Below are positions 1 to 9,340 of a DNA stretch of 64,000 nucleotides, in pieces (position 1 is the stretch's first letter; every line of letters starts with the position of its first letter). The notes below the pieces were generated by a model, which did not search any database, was not told the origin of the DNA, and was given only the letters and a program-made list of their open reading frames with translations. The DNA comes from an uncultured Deferribacteres bacterium (GTDB lineage Bacteria; Zhuqueibacterota; JdFR-76; BMS3Abin05). Both the position numbers and the translations under genes were made by a program. The stretch lies in NCBI GenBank assembly GCA_964579725.1, contig CAZOHG010000004.1, positions 17,675-81,674 on the forward strand, written 5' to 3'.

Positions 1-1
1 T

Positions 2-703
2 TTTGCGGCGATTTTTTTCATTCATTTGAACCGAAAAACCATGGTGGCCGTCACCGTCGCCATTTTGATTGGATATTGGGCCTGGCTTTCTTTTGTTCCG
101 GTGCCCGGATTGCACGCCGTTTCCTTTGCCGAAGGAAAAAACTGGGCCAATTGGGTGGACGCCCACTATTTGCCTTTCCGAAAATGGAACGGCACCTGGG
201 ACCCGGAAGGCATTTTAAGTACGATTCCGGCCATTGCTTCGGCCTTGCTGGGCGTTTTTGCCGCCCTTCTAATTAAAAGTCGCGAAATAGCACCCATGAA
301 AAAGGTAAAAATCTTTGTGTTGGGCGGAATAGCACTGGTTTTGCTCGGCTATTTGTGGAGTTTGCAATTTCCCATTATTAAAAAAATATGGACGTCGTCT
401 TACGTACTGGTAGCCGGTGGGTACAGCGCGTTGCTTTTGGGAATTTTTTATCTTATTGTCGATGTGTGGAAGTTACAAAAATGGGCCGTACCCTTTGTCT
501 GGATCGGGATGAATCCCATTACGATTTACATGGCTCGAAATATGGTCACATTTGACGATTTGGCCAAACGGATTGTGGGCGGACAACTACTCACGCTTTT
601 TGGCGATCCGATCGGCCTCTTGCTTGTCAAGACTGTTTCGTTGGGATTTTCTCTCTGGCTGGTTCACTTTTTGTTCAAGAAAAAGGTGTTTTTGAGGATT
701 TAA
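2..703 (+). CDS. HGSNAT/DUF1624-like membrane acyltransferase, C-terminal portion (5' end probably lies outside the window)
   Basis: The reading frame is open back to nt 2 with no upstream stop. The product has multiple hydrophobic helices. Motifs such as NWANWVDAHYLP...WDPEGILSTIP are typical of heparan-alpha-glucosaminide N-acetyltransferase-like DUF1624/DUF5009 proteins. Full-length members are about 370 aa, so 225 aa here implies truncation. Confidence 0.5.
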   Translation, partial: FAAIFFIHLNRKTMVAVTVAILIGYWAWLSFVPVPGLHAVSFAEGKNWANWVDAHYLPFRKWNGTWDPEGILSTIPAIASALLGVFAALLIKSREIAPMKKVKIFVLGGIALVLLGYLWSLQFPIIKKIWTSSYVLVAGGYSALLLGIFYLIVDVWKLQKWAVPFVWIGMNPITIYMARNMVTFDDLAKRIVGGQLLTLFGDPIGLLLVKTVSLGFSLWLVHFLFKKKVFLRI

Positions 704-717
704 AGGGGCGTTTTTTC

Positions 718-1782
718 ATGCGAAACCCAAACGAGCCCGTGACCGGGTTTAGTTATTTTGGCATTCGGAATCCGGAATACGTGCGAATGGATTTACGCCG
801 AATGAAATCGCACGGTGCCACCGCTGTTCTTTTCACCCTATCCGAAGAAGATGTGGAATTCTACCGGGGCACCATGCGAGAAATGGTTTCACTGGCCCAC
901 AAAGAAGGACTTTTAGTGTACGCCAATCCTTGGGGACTGGGCGGCGTCTTTGGCGGCGAAAGTTACTCCAAATTTGTCGCCTGGTTTCCGGATGAGCGTC
1001 AGGTGGACGCCACAGGGCGCCCTGTACCGGCGGCGTGTTTTAATAGCCCGGTTTTCAGGGAATTTGTCCACACGTGGGTAAAAACGGCTGCCGACTGCGG
1101 CGTGGATGTGGCCATGTGGGACGAACCTCATTTTTTCATGGCTCATTGGGCGGATGAATCTCTTGCCAAAGAAGACAATGTTCCAACCTGCTTTTGTCGG
1201 CATTGTCAGACAAAATTCCGGCAACAATTCGGATTTCCAATGCCGCAAGAGCTAACGCCGGAGGTTTTGCAGTTTCGCGAAGACTCACTGGTCGAATTTT
1301 TGACCGATGTGAGTGGTGCAGCCAACCAAAGGGGACTCCAAAACTCTGTGTGCATTTTGCCGCCCTCCTACGAATTGGAGGACGGGATTACAAACCCCGC
1401 TCGAGTGGCGGCCATTTCTTCCGTGCAAATTTTAGCCACCGACCCGTACTGGGAATACGAAGACGATCAAGCGACCGTGGAAAAGTACTACCGGTCAAAC
1501 GGCAAGCTTATTCTTCAATTGGCTCAAAAATACGGCAAAGAACCCGAGATGTGGATTAAAAATTTCAAAATTCGCGCCGGCACGGAACCGTTTGTTTCAC
1601 TGGCCACGGAAATCACAGCCCGTTTGGGAATCCGACGAATTTTCGCCTGGAGCTATTTGGGTTCCGCCTACATGTCCTCCCTGCAAAGCGATAACCCCTA
1701 CCTCGTATTCGATCTACAGGGCGAAGCCTTTCAAAAGGTACACGCCGCCGCGTCAAATGTCTCGAAATCGGCTGCCGAATAA
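718..1782 (+). CDS. glycoside-hydrolase-like TIM-barrel protein (GH42/GHL-type)
   Basis: This is a 354-aa ORF with an ATG start shortly after the upstream gene. The motif CFNSPVFREF...WDEPHF resembles the catalytic region of GH42-type beta-galactosidase-like hydrolases. It is co-directional with the upstream acyltransferase-like gene. Confidence 0.45.
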   Translation: MRNPNEPVTGFSYFGIRNPEYVRMDLRRMKSHGATAVLFTLSEEDVEFYRGTMREMVSLAHKEGLLVYANPWGLGGVFGGESYSKFVAWFPDERQVDATGRPVPAACFNSPVFREFVHTWVKTAADCGVDVAMWDEPHFFMAHWADESLAKEDNVPTCFCRHCQTKFRQQFGFPMPQELTPEVLQFREDSLVEFLTDVSGAANQRGLQNSVCILPPSYELEDGITNPARVAAISSVQILATDPYWEYEDDQATVEKYYRSNGKLILQLAQKYGKEPEMWIKNFKIRAGTEPFVSLATEITARLGIRRIFAWSYLGSAYMSSLQSDNPYLVFDLQGEAFQKVHAAASNVSKSAAE

Positions 1783-1935
1783 ATTTTTGATTTTGGGCAC
1801 AAATCTTTGTACATTTAAGTGATGTGATAAAAACCGACCAAACGGCGTCTTTTTTCAGTGAAATCGAAAAGACTCTGCTGGATTGGCAAAGTAAAACTGG
1901 TGTTCTTAGAACCATTTGAATGAAAGCCAATTTCC

Positions 1936-2907
1936 ATGACGGAAGAATTTGAAAATCCGGACGTCATTGACGATCTCCAAGAACAGTTTCGGGCTGTCCT
2001 TTTGGGCCTCGCCATTGGTGACGCGTTGGGAGCTCCGTTAGAATTCATGCACGCCCGGGAAATCTCAGAACGCTTTGGAACAGTTCGGGACATGATCGGA
2101 GGGGGCTGGCTAAATTTGGAGCCCGGGGAGGGAACCGACGATACCCAAATGATGCTTTGTCTGGCTGAAAGTTTGGCCCAGCGCGGGAAATTCGACGCCG
2201 ACGACGTGGTGGCCAAATTTATGATTTGGTACGACACCCACCCAAAGGACATGGGAAATACCACGCAGGTGGCGTTGACGCTCATCAAAAACGAGGCCAA
2301 CTGGCGCAGCGCCGCTCGTAAAGCACACGATCTTTTGGAAGGCAAAAGCGCCGGAAACGGGAGCCTCATGCGGGTAGCGCCAATCGGCCTTTTGTACCAT
2401 CGCCACCCAAATCTTCTTATTGAGGCCTCATTGACCAGTTCAAAACTGACGCATTGGGACGAGCTGGCGGCGGAAAGTTGTGTGGCTTTCAATCTCATTT
2501 TGGCCGATCTGCTGCACGGCTTTGGCCCGGACGAAGCCATTCAAAATACCGTGGACAAAATGCTACCCCGTAACGAAGAGGTGGCTCAAACGGTGGAACT
2601 TGTTCGGGACAAGGATTTTGAAGAACTTGCGCCGACGGGCTTTGTGCTGGAAACCCTGGAAACGGCTTTGTGGCATCTGCTGCACGCCGAAACGTTCGAA
2701 ACCGCCCTCATTCGTGCGGTCAACATGGGAGGTGACGCCGACACCATTGGCGCTGTGACGGGCGCTCTGGCAGGCACCTATTTTGGCTTGCGCGAAATCC
2801 CGGCACGCTGGTTGGATGCCTTGCAAGGCCGGGACGTCATCGAAACGCTGGCAGACAAATTGTACACACTTTCAACAGACCTGCTTCCCGAAGAGGAATG
2901 GGAATAG
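1936..2907 (+). CDS. ADP-ribosylglycohydrolase family protein (DraG/ARH-like)
   Basis: The N-terminal motif LGLAIGDALGAPLEF, followed by GGxW, DDTQM and a C-terminal GGDADTIGA, is the characteristic ADP-ribosylglycohydrolase signature. Confidence 0.85.
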   Translation: MTEEFENPDVIDDLQEQFRAVLLGLAIGDALGAPLEFMHAREISERFGTVRDMIGGGWLNLEPGEGTDDTQMMLCLAESLAQRGKFDADDVVAKFMIWYDTHPKDMGNTTQVALTLIKNEANWRSAARKAHDLLEGKSAGNGSLMRVAPIGLLYHRHPNLLIEASLTSSKLTHWDELAAESCVAFNLILADLLHGFGPDEAIQNTVDKMLPRNEEVAQTVELVRDKDFEELAPTGFVLETLETALWHLLHAETFETALIRAVNMGGDADTIGAVTGALAGTYFGLREIPARWLDALQGRDVIETLADKLYTLSTDLLPEEEWE

Positions 2908-3002
2908 CAAAACGCTGGGGGTTGTTTTCCGAAAAGGACGAAAAGTGCCTTTCTTCAAACGGGAACAAATCCAATTGAGAAACATTTAATAATCGAACTG
3001 AA

Positions 3003-3352
3003 GGGGGCGCCCTGGGTTCGACGGGATTGGAAAGAGACAGGAACGGCATACCGTGGTCTCCGACCCCACGTAAAATAGCCGGAACACAAATGTAAATGCA
3101 GACTACAACTACGCTCTGGCTGCTTAATTAGCGGTCACGTTCCCCGAGCCGAGACCTGCATAGGCTCGGTGGAGCGTCGCAGCTGCAGGTGCTCCTGACA
3201 AATTTCCGGGATTGTCAGGCTAAGACCACCGGATAGACCTGTGTGAGGCTTTGTCTGTTGAGCCGCCACAGGCGACACTAATCAACAGACTATGTATGTA
3301 GAAGTTCTTGTCGGCTCTTTCCCGGACGCGGGTTCGATTCCCGCCGCCTCCA
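3003..3352 (+). ncRNA. ssrA: tmRNA (transfer-messenger RNA, SsrA)
   Basis: The 5' end GGGGGCGCCCUGGGUUCGACGGGA pairs with the 3' end GCCGCCUCC-A as a 7-bp acceptor stem including one G-U. The T-arm GGACGCGGGUUCGAUUCCCGCCGCC is tRNA-Ala-like. The internal tag-peptide reading frame ends ...ADYNYALAA-UAA. Total length is about 350 nt. Confidence 0.9.
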
Positions 3353-3362
3353 CTAAAAAGCC

Positions 3363-3395
3363 AAAAGCCGCTCCTGAAAAGGGCGGCTTTTATCT
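3363..3395 (+). terminator. Rho-independent terminator downstream of ssrA
   Basis: A 9-bp perfect stem AAAAGCCGC / GCGGCUUUU with an 11-nt loop is followed by UUUUAUCUU. Confidence 0.7.
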
Positions 3396-3732
3396 TCTAT
3401 TAGAGGCCCTTTTTTCCCCGTACAAACATTCCGCTGACTTTTGTTTCGTCTGTTGAAAAAGAAAGCAAAAAGTGCACAAAATATTGTGCGAATTGCCTTG
3501 TATTTGTGCAGCCTATTTATTACATTTAGATTGTTGCAAAAAAACGGTGAATTTCTACCTCCAATCTACCGATATCTATGTAGGGGTGAATGGTTCGGGC
3601 CGCTGTGAAGGGGCGATTCGAACCGCCTCGGCAGAACCGGAACAGCGGGTACACAATTGACATAAAAAGGAGGAGATGCACAAAAGACTGATTCTTCTGT
3701 AAGGGAATGGGACGGGCATTAGAGAAAGGATT

Positions 3733-6700
3733 TTGGAAAACATGTTACTGGACAGTCGCTATTTTGTGGAGAAGAAGATAGGTGAAGGGGGCGACGGACA
3801 GGTTTTCAAGGTGTTGGATCGGGTGACGGGAGAAATCAGGGCGTTGAAATTGCTTAACCCGGACAGAATTGCGCCGGACGATCTGACCTTTTTTGAGCGA
3901 GAATTTCTGAACGTCAAGAAGCTAACCCACCCCAATATCGTTAAAGTCTATGATTTCGGCTTTCAAAAGGGCAATTACCCCTATTTTACCATGGATTTCG
4001 TCGACGGTCCTGCGTTCACTGATTTCTTTTCCAGGCCGTTTGACCCCACGGCTTTTGTAAAACTGACCGCTGAAATTTGCCTCGCTTTGGACTATTTACA
4101 CAGCCACAACCTGATTCACAGAGATATTAAACCGGCCAATATTTTATTAAGCCAGGAAAACGCCTCGCAGCTACCGGTGCCGGTGCTGACCGATTTCGGA
4201 TTAGCCGAGGATTTTGCGCTTTCCGAATTCGATCCACGGGGCGGCAGCCATTTTTACGTTTCTCCCGAAGCTATTCGGGGCTGGAAAATCGACCCACGCG
4301 CCGACCTGTACTCCCTGGGTGTGACCCTCTACGAAGCTCTGACCGGCCAAAAACCCTTCACGGCAGATAATCCCATTGACGTGCTCAAGCAGCATTTGCA
4401 CAGGGTTCCGGAAAATCCCTCCGCTTTACGGGAGGATCTGCCCCCGGAAGTGGATCAACTGCTCCTGAAATTGTTGGAAAAAGATCCGTCCGCACGGTAC
4501 AATTCCGCACTTGAAGTGCTTCACGACGTCATTCGGCTGGCCCCCGCGGATGTGCCAGTCCCCAAGCTGCACGCCTCAACCCGCATTTGGGGTGGAGCCT
4601 TTGTGGGACGCAAAAAGGAATTGAAATACCTCCGAGATATTTTCGACACGACACGCAGCTTGCAGCGGTTTTCCTTTGCGGTCATTTCAGGTGAAAAGGG
4701 TGTCGGGAAAACGCGGCTCGTACGGGAATATTCCACCCAACTTCAACTGGAGGGTGTCAAGGTTTTCTTTGTGGAAAGCGCCTCCACACGTCACGTCCCC
4801 TACGGGCTCATCTTGGAAATCATTCGGCAAATCGGCATTTCCGCACCCGGTGGAGTGGAATTGACCGGCGACGAGCAGACTGTTTGGCGAACCATTTTTC
4901 AGCACGGTGGCACGCAGCAATCGCCCGACATTTTTAAAGACCAGGCCCAGGTATTTGACATCCTGGGGCGGCTCCTGCAAAAATTTGTACGAGCTATTCA
5001 AAATGCCGACCCCAAACAAAAAACGCCCTTACCGCTTCTCGTTATTTTGGATGATTTTCAAGAAGCGCCTTCCGTAATTCACCAATTTTTCCGCTACTTA
5101 TTTTTCAATGTTTGGAATACCAATCTCCTCTTTTTAGCCACCGCTTCCGGCGACCTTTCGAACCTGGAACAGATTTACGAGACCGTTCGTTCGGAGAAAT
5201 ATTTCTATTGGAACGTCTTGCAGTCCTTTGATTACGGCGGATTCCGGCAATTTCTGTCCAAAAAATTCGCCGACTTCCAGAACTTTGACGACTTGGCAAA
5301 CGATTTGTACCAGTACACGGCCGGGAATCCCTTGTACACGGAACATCTGCTCCAATATTTTGTGGATCGAAATTTAATTGCCTGGGAAGATAACCACTGG
5401 ACGTGGAAAGGGCTGCGCGGAGGGGTCGATTTGCCCGGGGCTATTTCCGACCTTTTTCGAGACCGCTGGAAAGAGTTCTCACACGCTGCCCGCGACGTTC
5501 TGAAAGCACTTGTTTTTCAAGGAGATGTTGTTCCTCTTGCTTTTCTCAAAGCCTATTTTGAAGGGAGCCACACCGACTGGCAGGCGGGTCTGGAAGAATT
5601 GTTGCGGGAAGGTCTTGTTTCAAAAATTCTTCGGAACGGCGCTGTAGTGCTTCAGATTTCCCAACAAAGTTGGGGGGATTTTGTCCTTTCGACCACCCAT
5701 TCGGTAGAAAAAAGAAAAATCCACGAGCACTGGCTTTACGTCATTGAAGATTTGCACCTCGAAATCCCGAAAGACTATCTGGCACCCCTGGCGTACCACG
5801 CTTTAGAAAGCCACCACTGGGAGAAGGCACTTCACTATTTACCCCAAGCAGCCGAATACGCGCAGGCGTTGTTCGATTTGGATCACGCCATTGAATTTTA
5901 CGAAAAATTTCTCTCTCTTTCCAAAAACACGCCTCTCTCCGATCGCCTACCTTTCCTGGAAAAATTGGCTGCGGCGTACGAGTACAGCGGCCAGTTGGCC
6001 AAAGCCCTGGAGGTATCGGATTCTGTTCTTCAAGAAATAGGCGAAAGCGACGCGGAAAAATCGGTTGCTTGGAATTGGCGGTATCGAAAGGTGGAACTCC
6101 TCCAAAAATCGGGAGAGATTCAGGCGGCACTGGATCTTTTGGAGGGACAGCGCTCGGAATGGGAATCCCTTTCCCCGGAACAAAGCGCCCGTGGTTTTTA
6201 CGAATTGGGCTGGCTGTACCGTCTTTCAGGAAAATTTGAGGAGGCATTTGCCCAATATGCCCGGGCAGTGGACTTGTTTTCTCAAATCGAGGCCCAAAAT
6301 GACGTGGCGCTTACTTACAATCGAATGGGAGTAACACACCTTGTTCAGGGAAATTTGGAGGAAGCGGAAGAGGCGTTGCAACGGGCGCTGAGTATTTTTG
6401 AGGAATCCTCTCACTTGCGAGGGTTGGCACATGTTCACAACAATTTGGGCATTTTGTACCGCCAGAAGGGCGAATTAAATCTGGCTCAAAAGCACTACGA
6501 AAATTGCTTGAAAATTCGCCGCGCCACAAAAGACATTACCTATTTGCCTCAGGTATTGAACAATCTGGCCAACTTGCAGTTTTACCACAGCGAGTGGGAA
6601 AAGGCGCTCAATTCCTACAAAGAAGTCCTGCGGATTGCCCAGGGACTGGGTCTTGCGGAAACAACAGCCGGTGTGTTGGAAAATATCGGGCGGTTACAAT

Positions 6701-8952
6701 TTCATCTCGGCCAAGTGGAAGCCGCTCACGAAGCGGCTAAAAAGGCGGTTTTGCTCAATCGCCGCCTTGAAAATTACGAAGGGCTGGCCACTGTTTTTGA
6801 ACTTTTGGGCGATATTCACGATTTGCACGAAAATTACCGCCTGTCACAGGGATTTTATTTCCGGGGGTTGCGAATTTTGGAAAAAACCCAAAACCAACCG
6901 GCTCAAATTCCTTTGCAGTACAAATTGGGCCGTCACTTTTTGCGATTGGGAGAAAAACAAAAAGCGCTGGATTTTTTCATTCGGGCCGAAGACTTAAGCC
7001 AAATTCACCGGCTAAGGGAAGAACGCGCCGAAGTGGCGCTTCAGATCTTGCGTTGGGCGTTGCGCTACCACGACCACCAGCGGGCGGAATATTATCGCAA
7101 TTTTCTGGAAAATAATCTTCCCGCTCTGAAAAATCCCCTGCAGCTCGGATTGGCTTACAGGCAATTGGGACACGCGCGGCAAAAAAACGACGAACCAGCC
7201 CGAGCGCTTGAGAATTTCGAAAAGGCTCTGGAAATTTTTGAGAAAATTTCGGCTTCTGTTGAAATTGCACGTACCGAAAGCGCTCTGGGTAGCTTTTTCT
7301 TAGCCGCCGAAGAACACGAACAAGCCCATTTACATCTGAAAAAAGCTGTCCAACTTTTTCAGAAACTTCCGGCTCGCAACGAACGTCTCCGAATTACCCA
7401 GCAATTTCTGACCGTCCAGGAGCAATTAATTTCCAAATTGGGACAAAATCAGGGTGTTTCCGGCCAATTGACGGTTCTGCAACAAACCAGCCTCATTGTC
7501 CATTCCATTTTCGATCTGGAAACCATGCTTCACAACATTATGAACACGGTCATTAATTTGCTCAAAGCCGACAAAGCGGCCATTATTTTTCTGAATAAGC
7601 AGAGTGGCGGTCTGGAAGTAAAGGTGAGCCGGGGAATGGAGGAAGCAACCATTGAAGACGCCATTCGCATCAGCCAATCGATTATTCAGCGGGTGGAAAA
7701 AACAGGCAGTTCGGTTCTGTCGCGAAATACGCTGGGAGACGAGCGCTTTCAGCACAGCAAAAGCGTCCGCAATTTCCAGATTTTCTCCCTCATGTGTGTC
7801 CCGCTTAAAGTAGATGACCGCCTAATCGGAACCGTTTACGTGGACAGCCGCAATCCGGAACGAATCTTCGGCTACCGCGATTTGGAATTTTTGGAAAATA
7901 TTGCCGATCTGGCCGCTGTGGCGATTAGCAATTCCGAATATTACGAAGAATTGAAACGAAAGCAAAAGAATTCGGAGCTTGAGGCTCATCTGCCACAACC
8001 TGAGGAAAATCGCCTGACATTCAACGAAATGGTGGGGACGAGTCAGCCAATGCGCGAGATTTTCAATATTGTGAAACGCGTCCTAAATAAAAATGTGGAT
8101 ATTTTGATTCGCGGCGAAAGCGGAACGGGAAAAGAAAAATTGGCTGCCTTGATTCACTTTAACAGTAATCGAAAAGAGCGTCCCTTTGTAACGGTCAATT
8201 GTGCTGCCATCCCCCCTACCCTGCTCGAGAGTGAACTTTTCGGTATTGAAAAGCGCGTGGCAACCGGCGTGGATCGACACATCGGGAAATTTGAACAGGC
8301 AAACGGCGGCACTATTTTTCTGGATGAGATCGGAGACATGAGTTTGGAAACGCAGGCGAAAATACTCCGGGTCATTCAGGAGCGCGAGTTCCAGCGAATC
8401 GGTGGTTCCAAAATCATTCGAATTGACGTTCGGATTATTGCCGCGACAAACAAAAATTTGGAAGAAGCCATCCGGGAACGCACATTTCGACAGGATTTGT
8501 ATTACCGTCTAAACGTGCTGCCCATTGTCGTCCCACCTCTTCGAGACCGGAAGGAAGACATTCCCCTTTTGGTTGAATATTTTATTCGCAAGTACAATTC
8601 GGGGCAATTGGTAAAGATTACCGATTCAGCCATGCGCTTACTGTACCGGTACGATTGGCCGGGGAACGTCCGCGAACTGGAAAATGCCGTTCAACGAATG
8701 CTCATTTTTACGGAAGGGGATCGCATTACGGTTAGCGCACTGCCGCCTGAAATTCAACAATTTATGCCTCACGGAGTTCCTGCCGATGCTTTGGGGAGGT
8801 TGTCCCTTCGGGATTTTGAGCGAGAGCTTCTGTTGAAAAGTTTGGAAAGAAATCACTGGAATATTTCCAGGACGGCCCAGGCGCTGGGGGTGCACCGAAA
8901 CACCTTGCACCGAAAAATGAAGCTTTTTCAGATTTCCAAACCGGGTGTCTAA
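3733..8952 (+). CDS. multidomain signalling protein: Ser/Thr protein kinase + AAA_16 ATPase/TPR module + GAF + sigma-54-interaction AAA+ domain + Fis-type HTH
   Basis: Kinase motifs are present: GEGGDGQV, ALK, HRDIKPANILL, DFGLA and SPE. A Walker A GEKGVGKT (AAA_16, PknK/MalT-like) follows, then about 500 aa of TPR-like repeats and a GAF-like region. The enhancer-binding AAA+ core (GESGTGKE, ...GGTIFLDEIGDM..., VRIIAATN) and a C-terminal HTH (ISRTAQALGVHRNTLHRKM) complete the protein. An RBS-like GGAAAGGA lies upstream. Confidence 0.85.
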   Translation: MENMLLDSRYFVEKKIGEGGDGQVFKVLDRVTGEIRALKLLNPDRIAPDDLTFFEREFLNVKKLTHPNIVKVYDFGFQKGNYPYFTMDFVDGPAFTDFFSRPFDPTAFVKLTAEICLALDYLHSHNLIHRDIKPANILLSQENASQLPVPVLTDFGLAEDFALSEFDPRGGSHFYVSPEAIRGWKIDPRADLYSLGVTLYEALTGQKPFTADNPIDVLKQHLHRVPENPSALREDLPPEVDQLLLKLLEKDPSARYNSALEVLHDVIRLAPADVPVPKLHASTRIWGGAFVGRKKELKYLRDIFDTTRSLQRFSFAVISGEKGVGKTRLVREYSTQLQLEGVKVFFVESASTRHVPYGLILEIIRQIGISAPGGVELTGDEQTVWRTIFQHGGTQQSPDIFKDQAQVFDILGRLLQKFVRAIQNADPKQKTPLPLLVILDDFQEAPSVIHQFFRYLFFNVWNTNLLFLATASGDLSNLEQIYETVRSEKYFYWNVLQSFDYGGFRQFLSKKFADFQNFDDLANDLYQYTAGNPLYTEHLLQYFVDRNLIAWEDNHWTWKGLRGGVDLPGAISDLFRDRWKEFSHAARDVLKALVFQGDVVPLAFLKAYFEGSHTDWQAGLEELLREGLVSKILRNGAVVLQISQQSWGDFVLSTTHSVEKRKIHEHWLYVIEDLHLEIPKDYLAPLAYHALESHHWEKALHYLPQAAEYAQALFDLDHAIEFYEKFLSLSKNTPLSDRLPFLEKLAAAYEYSGQLAKALEVSDSVLQEIGESDAEKSVAWNWRYRKVELLQKSGEIQAALDLLEGQRSEWESLSPEQSARGFYELGWLYRLSGKFEEAFAQYARAVDLFSQIEAQNDVALTYNRMGVTHLVQGNLEEAEEALQRALSIFEESSHLRGLAHVHNNLGILYRQKGELNLAQKHYENCLKIRRATKDITYLPQVLNNLANLQFYHSEWEKALNSYKEVLRIAQGLGLAETTAGVLENIGRLQFHLGQVEAAHEAAKKAVLLNRRLENYEGLATVFELLGDIHDLHENYRLSQGFYFRGLRILEKTQNQPAQIPLQYKLGRHFLRLGEKQKALDFFIRAEDLSQIHRLREERAEVALQILRWALRYHDHQRAEYYRNFLENNLPALKNPLQLGLAYRQLGHARQKNDEPARALENFEKALEIFEKISASVEIARTESALGSFFLAAEEHEQAHLHLKKAVQLFQKLPARNERLRITQQFLTVQEQLISKLGQNQGVSGQLTVLQQTSLIVHSIFDLETMLHNIMNTVINLLKADKAAIIFLNKQSGGLEVKVSRGMEEATIEDAIRISQSIIQRVEKTGSSVLSRNTLGDERFQHSKSVRNFQIFSLMCVPLKVDDRLIGTVYVDSRNPERIFGYRDLEFLENIADLAAVAISNSEYYEELKRKQKNSELEAHLPQPEENRLTFNEMVGTSQPMREIFNIVKRVLNKNVDILIRGESGTGKEKLAALIHFNSNRKERPFVTVNCAAIPPTLLESELFGIEKRVATGVDRHIGKFEQANGGTIFLDEIGDMSLETQAKILRVIQEREFQRIGGSKIIRIDVRIIAATNKNLEEAIRERTFRQDLYYRLNVLPIVVPPLRDRKEDIPLLVEYFIRKYNSGQLVKITDSAMRLLYRYDWPGNVRELENAVQRMLIFTEGDRITVSALPPEIQQFMPHGVPADALGRLSLRDFERELLLKSLERNHWNISRTAQALGVHRNTLHRKMKLFQISKPGV

Positions 8953-9082
8953 CCAACTTTGAGTACCATTGGAACTGGCTGGCATCGGAAGAGGAGTAAA
9001 AATGGGGGTGGCCACCTCAATCGGCACCCTCACGCGGAAACCGGCCTCAAAGAGCTTACCTCAAAATGAAAAGGCTGACACA

Positions 9083-9102
9083 GTGCACCATTTCTCGTGC
9101 AT
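9083..9102. promoter_or_regulatory. palindromic site 1 (GTGCAC-N8-GTGCAT), candidate activator-binding upstream site
   Basis: TGCAC-catttctc-GTGCA is an inverted repeat lying about 200 bp upstream of the -12 element. Confidence 0.3.
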
Positions 9103-9150
9103 CTGTTTACCCCATTAATAACAATAGGACAAACTCGTACCTCCCCCTCT

Positions 9151-9171
9151 AATGCACTATTTTGGTGCATT
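9151..9171. promoter_or_regulatory. palindromic site 2 (AATGCAC-N7-GTGCATT), candidate activator-binding upstream site
   Basis: This is a perfect 7-bp inverted repeat with a 7-nt spacer. It lies about 130 bp upstream of the sigma-54-like promoter. The half-site TGCAC is shared with site 1, which is about 68 bp away. Confidence 0.35.
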
Positions 9172-9280
9172 GTCACTTTATTTTCACAATTTCCTTTTGA
9201 AAAACAGTTACACTTATTTTAGTATCTGATTAATTTTTAAAGAATTAGTCCCTGCCATTCCTTTCGACATTGAACATCAA

Positions 9281-9296
9281 TGGTATTATTTTTGCA
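9281..9296 (+). promoter_or_regulatory. sigma-54 (RpoN)-type promoter candidate, -24/-12 elements
   Basis: TGGTATTATTTTTGCA matches TGGCAC-N5-TTGCA. The conserved GG and GC dinucleotides have the correct 10-nt spacing. It sits about 45 nt upstream of the repeat-protein start codon. Confidence 0.45.
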
Positions 9297-9340
9297 AATT
9301 AAAAGTTGTTATTAATCATTAACTTGGGAGGATGGTGAAC

